From the NCBI GenBank assembly GCA_031362805.1, contig JANLTG010000034.1, positions 5,553 through 69,552 of the forward strand: a stretch of 64,000 nt of DNA, in the 5' to 3' direction. The notes under the pieces were generated by a model. It did no database searches. It had not been told where the DNA came from and saw only the letters and a program-made list of their open reading frames with translations. Source of the DNA: a bacterium (GTDB taxonomy: Bacteria; Verrucomicrobiota; Verrucomicrobiia; Limisphaerales; RI-55). Position numbers and translations under genes: made by a program. Positions 52,083-61,602 of the stretch are shown piece after piece (within the stretch, counting starts at the first letter, position 1; the number at the start of each line of letters is the position of its first letter).

Positions 52083-53081
52083 CTAGAACAGGCTGCCCAC
52101 CGCGAGGCCGATCACGCTGAGCGGGCCCTGGTCTTCGAGGCTGTCGGTGGCTTTCTCGACTTTCTGAAGCGTGAGCTTGAGCGTGCTAAGAAAGTTTTCC
52201 TCGTTCACCAGCTTGCCGATCGAGCCCTGGCCACCGTTGATCTTCTGCATGATCTCTTTCAGATTGGACATCGCGGTGGTGGACTCGCGATAGAGCCCTT
52301 CATCTTTCATCAGCAAACCGAGCGTGCCTTTGCCGGCGTTGAGATCGGCAATAGTCGACTTGGCACTGGTCATCACTTCGTTGGCATCCGCCAGCAACGT
52401 GTCGATCTTTTCGGTGGACTTTCCCAGCGTCTCGACCGTCTCAACGGTCTCGCGGTAGAGGGTCTCGTCCATGACGAGCAGGCCCAGCGTTCCTTTGCCC
52501 TCGGCGATCTGGCCGGAGATGGTCTGCGCGTTGCTGAAAATCGTGCTGAGCTTGCCGGTGTTGTCGCGCATGAAGTCAGCCACCGGGCCGAGGATGTCCT
52601 GCAGGCCCGCCGGGTTGATGGATTTGGTGACATCCTCGATGCCCTTGGCCACGTTCTCCATGCGAGCCATGAGCGCGCTCAGGTCAGGCTGTTCGACCGT
52701 CTCAAGCGTGCCGCCCACGCTTTGATCAATCGGCAAGCCGTCCGGGGAACCGAAATCAAGCTCCACGAAGTTCTGACCCATCAGCCCGGCGAACTTGACG
52801 CGGGCCTTGCTCGTGGTGCGGATGGGCTGGTTGCGTTCGATCTTCATGGCGACCAGCACCAGGTCATTGGTGAGCGTGACCTCGCTCACGCTGCCGATGC
52901 GCACGCCGGCCAGCTTGACGGGATCGCCGGGCTTCAGATCCTGCACCGACTTGAACGCCGCCGTGATGGGATAGCCTTTGCGGAAAAATCCGGTGCCGCC
53001 GATCGTTTCGACGAGCAGCACGGCCGCGCACATGGCCAGCGCAAAGAAAATGCCCAGCCGGGTTTCGAGTGTGTTCTTCAT
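52083..53081 (-). CDS. mlaD: MlaD/MCE-domain protein
   Basis: N-terminal TM helix, then the MCE core ...FKSVQDLKPGDPVKLAGVRIGSVSEV. The C-terminus has repeated GKGTLGLL-x-DE-x-LYRE motifs. Confidence 0.8.
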   Translation of the reverse strand: MKNTLETRLGIFFALAMCAAVLLVETIGGTGFFRKGYPITAAFKSVQDLKPGDPVKLAGVRIGSVSEVTLTNDLVLVAMKIERNQPIRTTSKARVKFAGLMGQNFVELDFGSPDGLPIDQSVGGTLETVEQPDLSALMARMENVAKGIEDVTKSINPAGLQDILGPVADFMRDNTGKLSTIFSNAQTISGQIAEGKGTLGLLVMDETLYRETVETVETLGKSTEKIDTLLADANEVMTSAKSTIADLNAGKGTLGLLMKDEGLYRESTTAMSNLKEIMQKINGGQGSIGKLVNEENFLSTLKLTLQKVEKATDSLEDQGPLSVIGLAVGSLF

Positions 53082-53854
53082 GATAGGTGACGATTGGAGG
53101 TGGTGAGTCGAAAGTCAACGCCGAGAAATTTCTTGATCAGGGGATGCGACGATTGCCGGATCTGGTCCGGCGTGCCGACCTGGAGCAGCTCGCCGTCGAA
53201 GAGGATGCCGAGCCGGTTGGCAATGCCCAGGCCGAGATCCCGATCGTGGGTCACGACCACGGAGGTCGCTCCGGTGCGCCGGTTCAGCTCGACGATCTCT
53301 TCGGCGATGGTGAAGGCGCTCAAGGGATCCAGCTCGCTGGTCGGTTCATCATAGAGAATCAAATGTGGCTCCATGACCAACGCCCGCGCGATGGCAACCC
53401 GTTTGCGCATGCCGCCGGAAAGCTCGCTGACTGGCCGCCCTTCCTGTCCCTGCAGGCCGACCAACCGGAGCTTCTGGACGACGACCTGCTCGATCTCGTC
53501 CGGCGGGAGCAGCCGGTGCTCCGCAAGGTAGAGGCCCACGTTTTGGCCGACGGTCAAGGAGTTGAGCAGCGCGCCCGACTGGAAGACCATGGCGAGCCGG
53601 CATTCCGCGCGCAGCGTCTCGTCGTGGACCGATTTGCCGTTTACAAGCACCTCGCCGGCATCGGGCATCTCGAGCCCGATCAACTGGCGGAGCAGGACGC
53701 TCTTGCCGCTGCCCGACGGGCCCATCAATACGAAGATCTCGCCCGGAGTGATGCTGAGATCGATCCCCTTCAAGACGGGCACGCCGGCATAGGTTTTGTG
53801 CAGCTCCAGGATGCGGAGCTCGACATTGCTGCGCGTGGGCACCGGCGGGCTCAT
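53078..53854 (-). CDS. mlaF: ABC transporter ATP-binding protein, MlaF-like
   Basis: GPSGSGKSVLL, LSGGMRKRVAIARAL, LILYDEPTSELD, VVVTHD. There are 4-nt overlaps on both sides. Confidence 0.9.
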   Translation of the reverse strand: MSPPVPTRSNVELRILELHKTYAGVPVLKGIDLSITPGEIFVLMGPSGSGKSVLLRQLIGLEMPDAGEVLVNGKSVHDETLRAECRLAMVFQSGALLNSLTVGQNVGLYLAEHRLLPPDEIEQVVVQKLRLVGLQGQEGRPVSELSGGMRKRVAIARALVMEPHLILYDEPTSELDPLSAFTIAEEIVELNRRTGATSVVVTHDRDLGLGIANRLGILFDGELLQVGTPDQIRQSSHPLIKKFLGVDFRLTTSNRHLS

Positions 53855-54603
53855 GGCTGGGAATCCATAAACAGGAGAAGCCGCGTCAGGAAGTAATCCA
53901 AAATCAGGATCATCACGATTGAATTGACGACGGATTTGGTGACCGAGCGCCCGATTCCGCGCGGGCCACCAATCGTTTCAAAACCTTGCTGGCAGGAAAC
54001 CAGGCCGATGATCACGGCGAACACGAAACTCTTGATCAGGCCGTTCAAGACATCCTCGACGCCGACCATTTCACTGAGATTGCTAAAATACGCCTCGAAC
54101 GTGATGGCGATGGAGTTGTTGTAAACCGAGACCAACGCGCCGCCCATCCAGCCCACCAGGACCGCAAAAACAACGAGGGTCGGGAGCGCGATGCTGATGG
54201 CAATCATGCGCGGCATCACCAGGTATTGAACCGGATTGATGTTCATGGTGCGCAGCGCATCAATTTCCTGGTAAACGCGCATCGAGCCGATCTCCGCCGT
54301 CATGGCCGAGCCGACCCGGCCCGCGATCAAGACGGACATCATCACCGGCGCCAGCTCCTTGCACATCGACAGGCCCACCAGGCCGCCGATGGCCGACGCC
54401 AACCCGCGTTCGACTAGCACGGGGCCGGTCTGGAGGGCGATGACACCGCCGATAAACACCGACAGGATGCAGGCCATGAGCAGGCTGGCGTTCCCGATCT
54501 CAAAGAGCTGCTCGTAGACCTTCTGTCGTTCACGCCAAGCGCGCGGGAGCGTCCGGAAGAACTCCAGCAACAGCAGCATCATTTCGCCAATCGTATTAAA
54601 CAT
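53851..54603 (-). CDS. mlaE: ABC transporter permease, MlaE-like
   Basis: 250 aa, 5-6 TM helices. MTAEIGSMRVYQEIDALRTMNINPVQYLVMPR is the conserved MlaE motif. Confidence 0.85.
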   Translation of the reverse strand: MFNTIGEMMLLLLEFFRTLPRAWRERQKVYEQLFEIGNASLLMACILSVFIGGVIALQTGPVLVERGLASAIGGLVGLSMCKELAPVMMSVLIAGRVGSAMTAEIGSMRVYQEIDALRTMNINPVQYLVMPRMIAISIALPTLVVFAVLVGWMGGALVSVYNNSIAITFEAYFSNLSEMVGVEDVLNGLIKSFVFAVIIGLVSCQQGFETIGGPRGIGRSVTKSVVNSIVMILILDYFLTRLLLFMDSQP

Positions 54604-54620
54604 CGTATCGCGGGCGCCAA

Positions 54621-56267
54621 TTATGGGGCCGAAGGTTGGATTTGCTCAAGAGCGACGTTCGGCTTCGCGCCGCCGGCCAGCTGCATCTTCGGCAGATAAA
54701 ACAGCTGGAGAGTGCGCTCACCCTCGTGATTACCCCAGCGAAACAGCCCAAAGAGCAATGAGTTCCTGGTTGCGCCGGGCTTCACTTCCCGCCGGTAAAG
54801 ATTCCAAAGCAGGGACTGGCTCGACTTGCCCTGGGTGGGGTTTTTCTCTGAACGCCAGAGCGACCACAGCGGTGAAAGCGAGCGCCGGAGCGTGTCGCTG
54901 TGGGGCAAAATGGTTTCAAGGGGCGCCAGGATTTGCAGCGATTCATTGCCGTTCCAGTCTTTGACGTAGGTGTAGAAGGGCGTAAATCCGCGCCGCTGGT
55001 AATTCTTCCCGGTCTCCGTGTTTTCCTCATCGACCGAGTCGTAGATGAAATAGCAGGAGTTCCAGCGCAACCGGTGCAGGTTCTCCGAGTTGACCTCCTT
55101 GCTGCGAAAGAGCGGCCCCAGCACGAACCGGGTTTGAATCGTGTCGTTGTGCGCTTCACCGTAGAACGGCCAGAAGCGGCCACCGGTCTTGCCGGGCCCT
55201 TTAGACACGACGATGAAAGGATACGGCAACCCCCATTCCCGGTAGTCTCGTCCGCGATCATCGATCCGGGAGAACAATGGCCAGATGACCGTGGTGACAT
55301 CGCGCGTCTGCGCCCGCTCGGAGTAATAGAACGGCAGGATCATCTGCTGTCGCTGCTCCTCCGGCTTGCCGATCCCTGTGTGTGAATTCATCACGACGGG
55401 CCACAGAAAGAAGCTTTTTTCGTGCGGGCCCACCTCTTCAAGATCGCCGACGATGTTGGTGCGCAAGGTCAGGCCCTTGTGCTCGTGCCCCATCAGCGGC
55501 CAGAGCTGCCAGCCTTTCAAATTATCACCATGGCGCAGGTGAAACAGCGGCAGCACGAAGTTGTCCGTGACGACGTCCCTTTTCCGCGATTGGACGTAAA
55601 GCGGAAACATCACCCAGTTCACTTCATCGCGAAACAGTCGGCGCTGCAGCGTGCCATAGAACGGCATGACGGCGGTGTAGTTGCGTTCGGGATTGTCGGA
55701 GCGATTCTGGAAGTAGATCGGGAACAGCGTAAACCTCCGGTCGCCTTCCTCATCCAGCGAACGAGCGGTGCTTACATTGATAAACTGGAGAAAGGTGAAC
55801 TTCGACTCCGGTCCCATGCGGTCATAGCTCGCAACCTTCCAGAGGTAGTCGATCGAGAGTTTGTCGGTCTTCTCTTCGTATCGCCGGGTGTAAAGCGGTG
55901 GGATGCCCCACTCCTCGTAGTCCTTGCCGGACTCCCGGTAGTAGAATGGCCCGACGGCCTCGCGTCGCTCCCCTTGATCAAAGGTGAGTCCGAACTGATG
56001 AACCAAGGGGCCAAATTCCAGCGGTTCGGCCGCGTTCAGTAATGCCGGCAGCAGCGCACTCACTCCTGTTAACACCCACAGGGGCAAGCGTTTCTTGAAT
56101 GGCAGGCAAACTTTGATAGCGGGCGCCGATAGTAGGTTTCGGCCAATCGGGGTCAAGGCAAGGAGCGGCCAAAAGCGCGTCTTGGCTGAATCATGAGCAG
56201 GCGGTTCGCTACCGTTAACGGGATTTGCCAAGCACTCAAATTCATCGCCCGACATCCAGGTTGACAA
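54621..56267 (-). CDS. Hypothetical secreted or outer-membrane repeat protein (at least 14 [FWL]-P-[LFIV]-[FY] repeats)
   Basis: 548-aa ORF with a TTG start in the track. A signal-like segment KKRLPLWVLTGVSALLPALLNA sits about 55 aa in, so the true start is uncertain. Repeats: GPFYY, PPLYT, FPIYF, MPFYG, FPLYV, LPLFH, WPLMG, WPVVM, LPFYY, WPLFS, YPFIV, WPFYG, GPLFR, TPFYT, SPLWS. I recognise no family. Confidence 0.6.
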   Translation of the reverse strand: MSTWMSGDEFECLANPVNGSEPPAHDSAKTRFWPLLALTPIGRNLLSAPAIKVCLPFKKRLPLWVLTGVSALLPALLNAAEPLEFGPLVHQFGLTFDQGERREAVGPFYYRESGKDYEEWGIPPLYTRRYEEKTDKLSIDYLWKVASYDRMGPESKFTFLQFINVSTARSLDEEGDRRFTLFPIYFQNRSDNPERNYTAVMPFYGTLQRRLFRDEVNWVMFPLYVQSRKRDVVTDNFVLPLFHLRHGDNLKGWQLWPLMGHEHKGLTLRTNIVGDLEEVGPHEKSFFLWPVVMNSHTGIGKPEEQRQQMILPFYYSERAQTRDVTTVIWPLFSRIDDRGRDYREWGLPYPFIVVSKGPGKTGGRFWPFYGEAHNDTIQTRFVLGPLFRSKEVNSENLHRLRWNSCYFIYDSVDEENTETGKNYQRRGFTPFYTYVKDWNGNESLQILAPLETILPHSDTLRRSLSPLWSLWRSEKNPTQGKSSQSLLWNLYRREVKPGATRNSLLFGLFRWGNHEGERTLQLFYLPKMQLAGGAKPNVALEQIQPSAP

Positions 56268-56307
56268 ACTTCCGGTGCTTTTTATCCTGCGACCGCATTA
56301 GAGGTTT

Positions 56308-59058
56308 TTACCTCGGTTCCTCCCAGCCCAGTGTCGGCGTCGGGTCGTCACTGGGTTTTTCTTTTGCTTTTGAGACCCCGAGCATGAGGTAAAGCAACGC
56401 CGGCAAAATAGCCAGAGCCGCCACCATGCACGCGGCCACGCCGATGGACATCACCAGCCCGAGGCTCTGGATACCCTGATGTTTGCCCAAACTCAGGCTG
56501 GCGAACCCGGCGATCGTGGTCAGGCCGGAAATGATCACTGCTTTCCCGGTGCTGACCGTCAGCATCGTGGGCGCTCCCGTTTCGGAAAACCGGTTGAGAA
56601 TTTGAATGCCATTGGTCACGCCGATGCCGACGACCAGCGGCAGGGTCATCACGTTCGCCGGATTCAACGGCAGCCCCGTAAAGCCCATGTAGCCGGCGGT
56701 CCAGATCGCTCCCACCAACACGGGCAGGAGCGAGAGCAGTACCCAGGTCAACCGCCGGAAGTGAATCGCGACGAGGACGAAGATGCCCACCAGTGCGTAC
56801 AGCGCCGCTTCGACGTAGCTGTTGACGAGCAACGACGTGTATTCCCACTGCTCTATGGGCGAACCGGTCACCTTGGGGGCAATGGTTCGCAATTCGTTCA
56901 CGAACCGTCCCTGATGGGCGCGGTCCCAGATGTCTTCCTTGGGATAAATCTGTAGCAGGTACTTGCCGGTGACCCCATAAAAGCGGTCACGCAACGACTT
57001 CGGCAGATCCACCACGCGCAACGGCGCCGAAGTGTCCTGGGCTTGAAAGGTCTCGAAGGTCTGGCGGATGTCGTCAAAAAGCCGCACTTGAAACGCCGCG
57101 AGCTTTTCCCCGGGGCGCGCGGCGCCCGGATCGTACATCCGCCGCGTGAGCTGCAAGACGGCCGCCTTGATCGCGAGCAACTGGGCCGCGATGGCGGCGT
57201 CCTCCTTGCCGGCCTCCTCGGCCGCGAGCCCCATGTAACCGCCGAGCGAGTAGAGCACGGCACCCAGTTGATCAATCGACACCTCGGTTGGGTCTGCAGG
57301 CACGAATTGTAAGCCGCGGATCGCCGTTTGAATCTTTTTCGCCTGCGCAAGTTTGGCGGACTGGTCCTCGGTGAGGTATTTGCCGAGATCGTCGATGCCT
57401 CCGAAGTTGACCGAGCTGACCGTGGGCAGTTCCCGCATTCGTCGCTCCAAGGCCAAAGCCTCGGCCATGGAGTCAACCAGCACGGTGGCGAACAAGACGG
57501 AACGTGAATCCGAATCGATCAGCTTGCGCGACAACGCCACCGCTGGCAGATCCTTGCTCTGCATGTTCAACAGATTGTAATCGAAGAAAACATGTCGCGC
57601 CTGCCAGCCCGCCGCGACCGTGATCGCGACACACAGCCCCACCATCCAAGCGGGACGCCTCAGGCTGAAGGCCTCGAAGCGCCCGAGCAGGCTGGGCCGG
57701 TTCTCCACAAAATGATCCAAGCGATTCTGCCGGCCCCGCAAGAGCAGCGCCGGGAGCATGGTCATCATCGGCACCAGGCAGACCAGCATGCCTCCGCCAC
57801 AGATGATGCCCATCTCGCGAATGCCTTTGAAGTCCGTGACCGCCATCGCGAAGAAGGCCCCCGCCGTGGTGACCGCTCCTGAAAAAATGCCCTGGCCTGT
57901 GTAGACAATGGCCGTGTGGATGGCTTCAGGCTCCGTGGCACCATTGCGCAGTTCCTCTTCGTAGCGGGTGATGAGGTGGACGCCAAAGTCGATTGCCAGG
58001 CCGATCAAGATCGGCACGAAAGTGATCGTGAGGATGTTCAAGTGCCCGACCGTGAGCGTGGTGAAACCCATGGTGAACCCGATGCCGATGACGAGGCAGA
58101 ACACCGCCTTGACGGGGCGGCCCGTTTCCCGGTAGCCAAACACAAAGATCAGCGCGCACAGCACGAACGCGACGATCGAGGCCACGGTGGAATCGCGCTG
58201 CGACTGCCGCATCTCGTCGATTTCCAGAATGGCTTCACCCGTTGCGCCGACGGTCATGCCCGGCACCTCCAGCTTGATCTCGGAGATCAAACCCCGCAGC
58301 CGGTCCACCGCCTCTTCGATCACCTTGTTGGACTTGGGGCGCGCGGTCACCAGGTAGAGGCTGCCTTTGGCGAAGGTGATGTACATCTGGCTCTCGGCTT
58401 CCTCGCCCCCGCCGAACAGCGCTGCCAATCCCGGCGAGGGCGGCACTCCCGGCCGGCCCAGGCTATCCGTCGCCTGATCTAAGATCTTCTGAATGGCCGG
58501 CAGTGCTTCCAGCAGGTTCTTGTTTTCGTCATCACTCCGTTTGGGAGAGGTACGAATCTGCCGGTTCACCAGATTGAAGAAGGAGATGAGATTCGAGGCC
58601 TGGGTGAAATTCTGGATGAAGGGCTCGTAGTCGCGCAGGCGGTCGCCCAGATCCCGCAAGTCCTGCTCGGGCAAAAACAGCAGCGCCTTGTTCCCCAGCA
58701 TCTTCAGATCGCCCTTGTAAATTACATCCGTGAACAAGTTTGTCTCCATCTCGAGCCGGGCGCCGAGGCGTTCCACAAACTGGCGGTTGCGCTCGCGGTT
58801 CTCACTTTCGACCACCACCACCAGCTCGTTCTCCAGCGGGAACTCCTTGATGTACTCTAAATAATTTCGGTGGCTCTCATCCTCCGCGCTCACCAGATCA
58901 TTGCGATCCATCGAGAAACCGAGGTGGTTCACGGTGTAAACCACGCAGACGACAAACAGCACCAACTGCGGCCACACCCAGCGCCGGGGGCTGCGGGCCA
59001 CCGACGCCGCGAGCCACGACAACAGCCGCACCGACACACCTGCGGGTGGGATGCTCAT
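56308..59058 (-). CDS. MMPL / RND-superfamily exporter (HpnN-like lipid transporter family)
   Basis: The track ORF is 56308-59361. The ATG at 59058 gives MSIPPAGVSVRLLSWLAASVARSPRRWVW followed by a TM helix (916 aa). There are two 6-TM MMPL modules (...TVASIVAFVLCALIFVFGYR... and ...LVGIFVLVAIHFRRL...), each following a large periplasmic domain. Confidence 0.8.
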   Translation of the reverse strand: MSIPPAGVSVRLLSWLAASVARSPRRWVWPQLVLFVVCVVYTVNHLGFSMDRNDLVSAEDESHRNYLEYIKEFPLENELVVVVESENRERNRQFVERLGARLEMETNLFTDVIYKGDLKMLGNKALLFLPEQDLRDLGDRLRDYEPFIQNFTQASNLISFFNLVNRQIRTSPKRSDDENKNLLEALPAIQKILDQATDSLGRPGVPPSPGLAALFGGGEEAESQMYITFAKGSLYLVTARPKSNKVIEEAVDRLRGLISEIKLEVPGMTVGATGEAILEIDEMRQSQRDSTVASIVAFVLCALIFVFGYRETGRPVKAVFCLVIGIGFTMGFTTLTVGHLNILTITFVPILIGLAIDFGVHLITRYEEELRNGATEPEAIHTAIVYTGQGIFSGAVTTAGAFFAMAVTDFKGIREMGIICGGGMLVCLVPMMTMLPALLLRGRQNRLDHFVENRPSLLGRFEAFSLRRPAWMVGLCVAITVAAGWQARHVFFDYNLLNMQSKDLPAVALSRKLIDSDSRSVLFATVLVDSMAEALALERRMRELPTVSSVNFGGIDDLGKYLTEDQSAKLAQAKKIQTAIRGLQFVPADPTEVSIDQLGAVLYSLGGYMGLAAEEAGKEDAAIAAQLLAIKAAVLQLTRRMYDPGAARPGEKLAAFQVRLFDDIRQTFETFQAQDTSAPLRVVDLPKSLRDRFYGVTGKYLLQIYPKEDIWDRAHQGRFVNELRTIAPKVTGSPIEQWEYTSLLVNSYVEAALYALVGIFVLVAIHFRRLTWVLLSLLPVLVGAIWTAGYMGFTGLPLNPANVMTLPLVVGIGVTNGIQILNRFSETGAPTMLTVSTGKAVIISGLTTIAGFASLSLGKHQGIQSLGLVMSIGVAACMVAALAILPALLYLMLGVSKAKEKPSDDPTPTLGWEEPR

Positions 59059-59278
59059 GCGTTGGATCGGAGTGGGGGCATCAATCGTGTTGGACGGCTG
59101 GCCAGCGAACCGGGCCCGTTTGGTGGCGGCACATAAACCCGCTGCCCAGTGGCCGGTGACTCGGCTGATACCAGCACATCGCCCTGCGCGGGGGCAACCC
59201 TTTCGCGCAACCCGGAAGCGGAGATTTGCGTTGTCCCGGCGCGCGCGGAGTCGTATCACGTGCCCGCTGTTCCGTTCC

Positions 59279-59725
59279 ATGAGCCTGCCCGAAAAGCGCG
59301 AGAAGCTGATTGCCGACCTGCAGTTCTTCGACGACCCGCAGGATCGACTGGCGTTCGTCATCGACGCCGCGAAGCAGCACCCGCCGTTGTCCGCCGAGCT
59401 GAAGATCGACGCCTACAAGATCGAGGGGTGCCTTTCAAATCTATGGCTGGTGCCCGAGTATCGCGAAGGTCGCTGCTGGTTTCGGACCGATGGCGATTCC
59501 ATGATCGTCAAGGGCATCGCCGGACTGCTTGCCGGTTTCTACAACGGCGAACTGCCGGAAGAAATCCTCAAGCTGGACCCGTCGTTCCTGGCGCAGGCTG
59601 GAATTACCCAGCACCTCTCCCAGAATCGCAAGAACGGCCTCGGTCGCGTCTGGCAAAAGATTCAGCGCTTCGCCGCCGAGCAGGTTGCGGTCGAAAAGTT
59701 TCCGCAACCCAGCACCCAGGCCTGA
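59279..59725 (+). CDS. sufE: SufE-family sulfur acceptor protein
   Basis: The track ORF is 59051-59725. The ATG at 59279 gives MSLPEKREKLIADLQFFDDPQDRLAFVID. YKIEGCLSNLWL holds the conserved Cys. DSMIVKGIAGLL is a further family motif. Confidence 0.8.
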   Translation: MSLPEKREKLIADLQFFDDPQDRLAFVIDAAKQHPPLSAELKIDAYKIEGCLSNLWLVPEYREGRCWFRTDGDSMIVKGIAGLLAGFYNGELPEEILKLDPSFLAQAGITQHLSQNRKNGLGRVWQKIQRFAAEQVAVEKFPQPSTQA

Positions 59726-59804
59726 AGACGTGAAGCCGCCGGCAAGCTCCCGATTGGGCGGTGGCAGTTGAAGGTTGAGCGTTGGAAGCTCCGCTTGTTC
59801 GAAC

Positions 59805-60611
59805 ATGGCTCTTTACGATGCCCACAACCACTTGCAGGACGAGCGGTTGGTCGCCCGGCTCGACGAGGTGCTGGCCGCGTGCGGGCGCGAAGGCGTCGCG
59901 CGCATGGTGGTCAATGGCTCGTGCGAGGAGGACTGGCCCCACGTGTGGGCGCTCGCGAAGCAGCATCCGATCGTGTTGCCCAGCTTCGGCTATCATCCCT
60001 GGTATGTCCGTGAACAGACGGCTGGCTGGCTGGACGAATTGAAGCGTTGCCTCGACGCCGTGCCCTCAGCGGTCGGTGAGATCGGTCTCGATCGCTGGAT
60101 GGAGAATCCCGACGTGCCGATCCAGGAGGAAACGTTCCGCACCCAGCTCCGGCTGGCGGCGGAGCGTAACTTGCCTGTCAGCATTCATTGCCTCAAAGCG
60201 TGGGGCCGGCTTGACGAAATTCTGCGCGAGGAGCCGCGTCCCAGGTGCGGCTTCCTGCTTCACTCCTATGGCGGCCCGGCGGAGATGGTCGACGGCTTCG
60301 TCAAACTCGGCGCCTACTTCAGTTTATCCGGCTACTTCGCCCATGAACGAAAAGCAAAGCAACGCGAGGGCTTCAGACGCGTGCCCCTTGACCGGCTCCT
60401 GTTGGAAACGGACGCCCCTGATATGTGGCCGCCGGACGAATGGAATGATCACCCGTTGAGCGATCCCGCGTCAGGCAAACCGATGAATCATCCCGCGAAT
60501 TTGGGAGCGGTGTATCGGTTTGCAGCGAGCTTCCTGGGACTCGATCTGGAGCCATTGAAAGTTCAACTGGAGTGTAACTTTCGCCGACTGTTCGGAACCG
60601 CGGCGGGGTGA
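59805..60611 (+). CDS. TatD-family metal-dependent hydrolase
   Basis: MALYDAHNHL (HxH), VGEIGLD, VSIHC, LLHSYGG, LLLETDAP. Confidence 0.9.
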   Translation: MALYDAHNHLQDERLVARLDEVLAACGREGVARMVVNGSCEEDWPHVWALAKQHPIVLPSFGYHPWYVREQTAGWLDELKRCLDAVPSAVGEIGLDRWMENPDVPIQEETFRTQLRLAAERNLPVSIHCLKAWGRLDEILREEPRPRCGFLLHSYGGPAEMVDGFVKLGAYFSLSGYFAHERKAKQREGFRRVPLDRLLLETDAPDMWPPDEWNDHPLSDPASGKPMNHPANLGAVYRFAASFLGLDLEPLKVQLECNFRRLFGTAAG

Positions 60612-60646
60612 CGGACGCAAGCAGGGGGCCGCCGCGCCCGAGTGCT

Positions 60647-61591
60647 TTAGTTCTTTGAGCCCGCCGGGCCCTTGTCTTTCCGCCGGATATCCCAGGCCGT
60701 CTGCCACTCTTCGCCCACTGGCTTGAACCCCTGTTCGAGCAGGCGCTTCTCGAAGTCGGGCATGTGGCCGGCGCCGTAAAAGATCGCCAGCTTCTTCCGT
60801 CCCTTCTCAATTTGTTCGGCGAGCACTTTCATGGCGTGCTCGTTGCGCCCGCTCAAGATCGCCGACCCCTTGCCGTCGGCAGTCTGGTTGATGCCGGCCA
60901 GCATGTCTTCCATCTGCCCCATCTGCTGACCGAGCAGAAACTTGAGCTGATGCCCGCGATCATCGGAGGCGAGCGCAAACAATACGGAGAACGGATTGAG
61001 CCCGGCATTGGGATCGGTGGCCTGCTTGCGCTGCTCCTCTAGCGAAGCTTTGAAAAGCAGGCCAAAAATGGATTCACCACGCTCGGCCTGCAGGCTGGCG
61101 AAGGTGGCCGGATCCAGGTCCGCATGCACGAAGTTCGTCTTGCCGTAGTCAATGCGGTCTAGTTGAAACTCAAGTTCCAGCAAAGTCTTCATCCCGATTT
61201 GCAACTGGCTCACCGGATGATCCGTTCCCACTTCGGCCGTCGGTTCAGTTTCGCGATCGCGGATCATTTCGTAGAGCACGGCATCGTAGCCCGCGAACAT
61301 TTTTTGCAAGCCGTCGAAGTAGGCGCCGTCACCGACGTGGACCACGGCGACCAGCGAGACCTGCACCTGATCGCTGACGCGCGAATAGGACTTTGTCGCG
61401 GTATCGACGTGGCCCTCGACCCGGCCGGTCTTGACGAAGCGGATGAACTCCTTGGTCAACGCGGCGGGCTTGGCAACATCGTCGCCGGCGGTCGCCGCGA
61501 ACGAGGGCATCGCCAAAGCCAAGAATGCAAGCGCCAGGCAGATCAAGCGCCTGCGGTGGCCGGAGCGCGGGGAACTCTTCAAGGCAGTCAT
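60647..61591 (-). CDS. Secreted TraB/GumN-like family protein (tentative)
   Basis: Signal peptide ...LALAFLALAMPSFA. VAVVHVGDGAYF near the N-terminus and SGRNEHAMKVL...LAIFYGAGHMPD near the C-terminus resemble the TraB/GumN signatures. Confidence 0.45.
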   Translation of the reverse strand: MTALKSSPRSGHRRRLICLALAFLALAMPSFAATAGDDVAKPAALTKEFIRFVKTGRVEGHVDTATKSYSRVSDQVQVSLVAVVHVGDGAYFDGLQKMFAGYDAVLYEMIRDRETEPTAEVGTDHPVSQLQIGMKTLLELEFQLDRIDYGKTNFVHADLDPATFASLQAERGESIFGLLFKASLEEQRKQATDPNAGLNPFSVLFALASDDRGHQLKFLLGQQMGQMEDMLAGINQTADGKGSAILSGRNEHAMKVLAEQIEKGRKKLAIFYGAGHMPDFEKRLLEQGFKPVGEEWQTAWDIRRKDKGPAGSKN

Positions 61592-61602
61592 TTAGAATTC
61601 AA

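Noticed and set aside
59726-59804. Inverted repeat CCGCC...GGCGG after sufE, as a possible terminator
   Set aside because: It has a 5-bp stem, a 16-nt loop and no U-tract. tatD follows within 80 nt and is probably co-transcribed.
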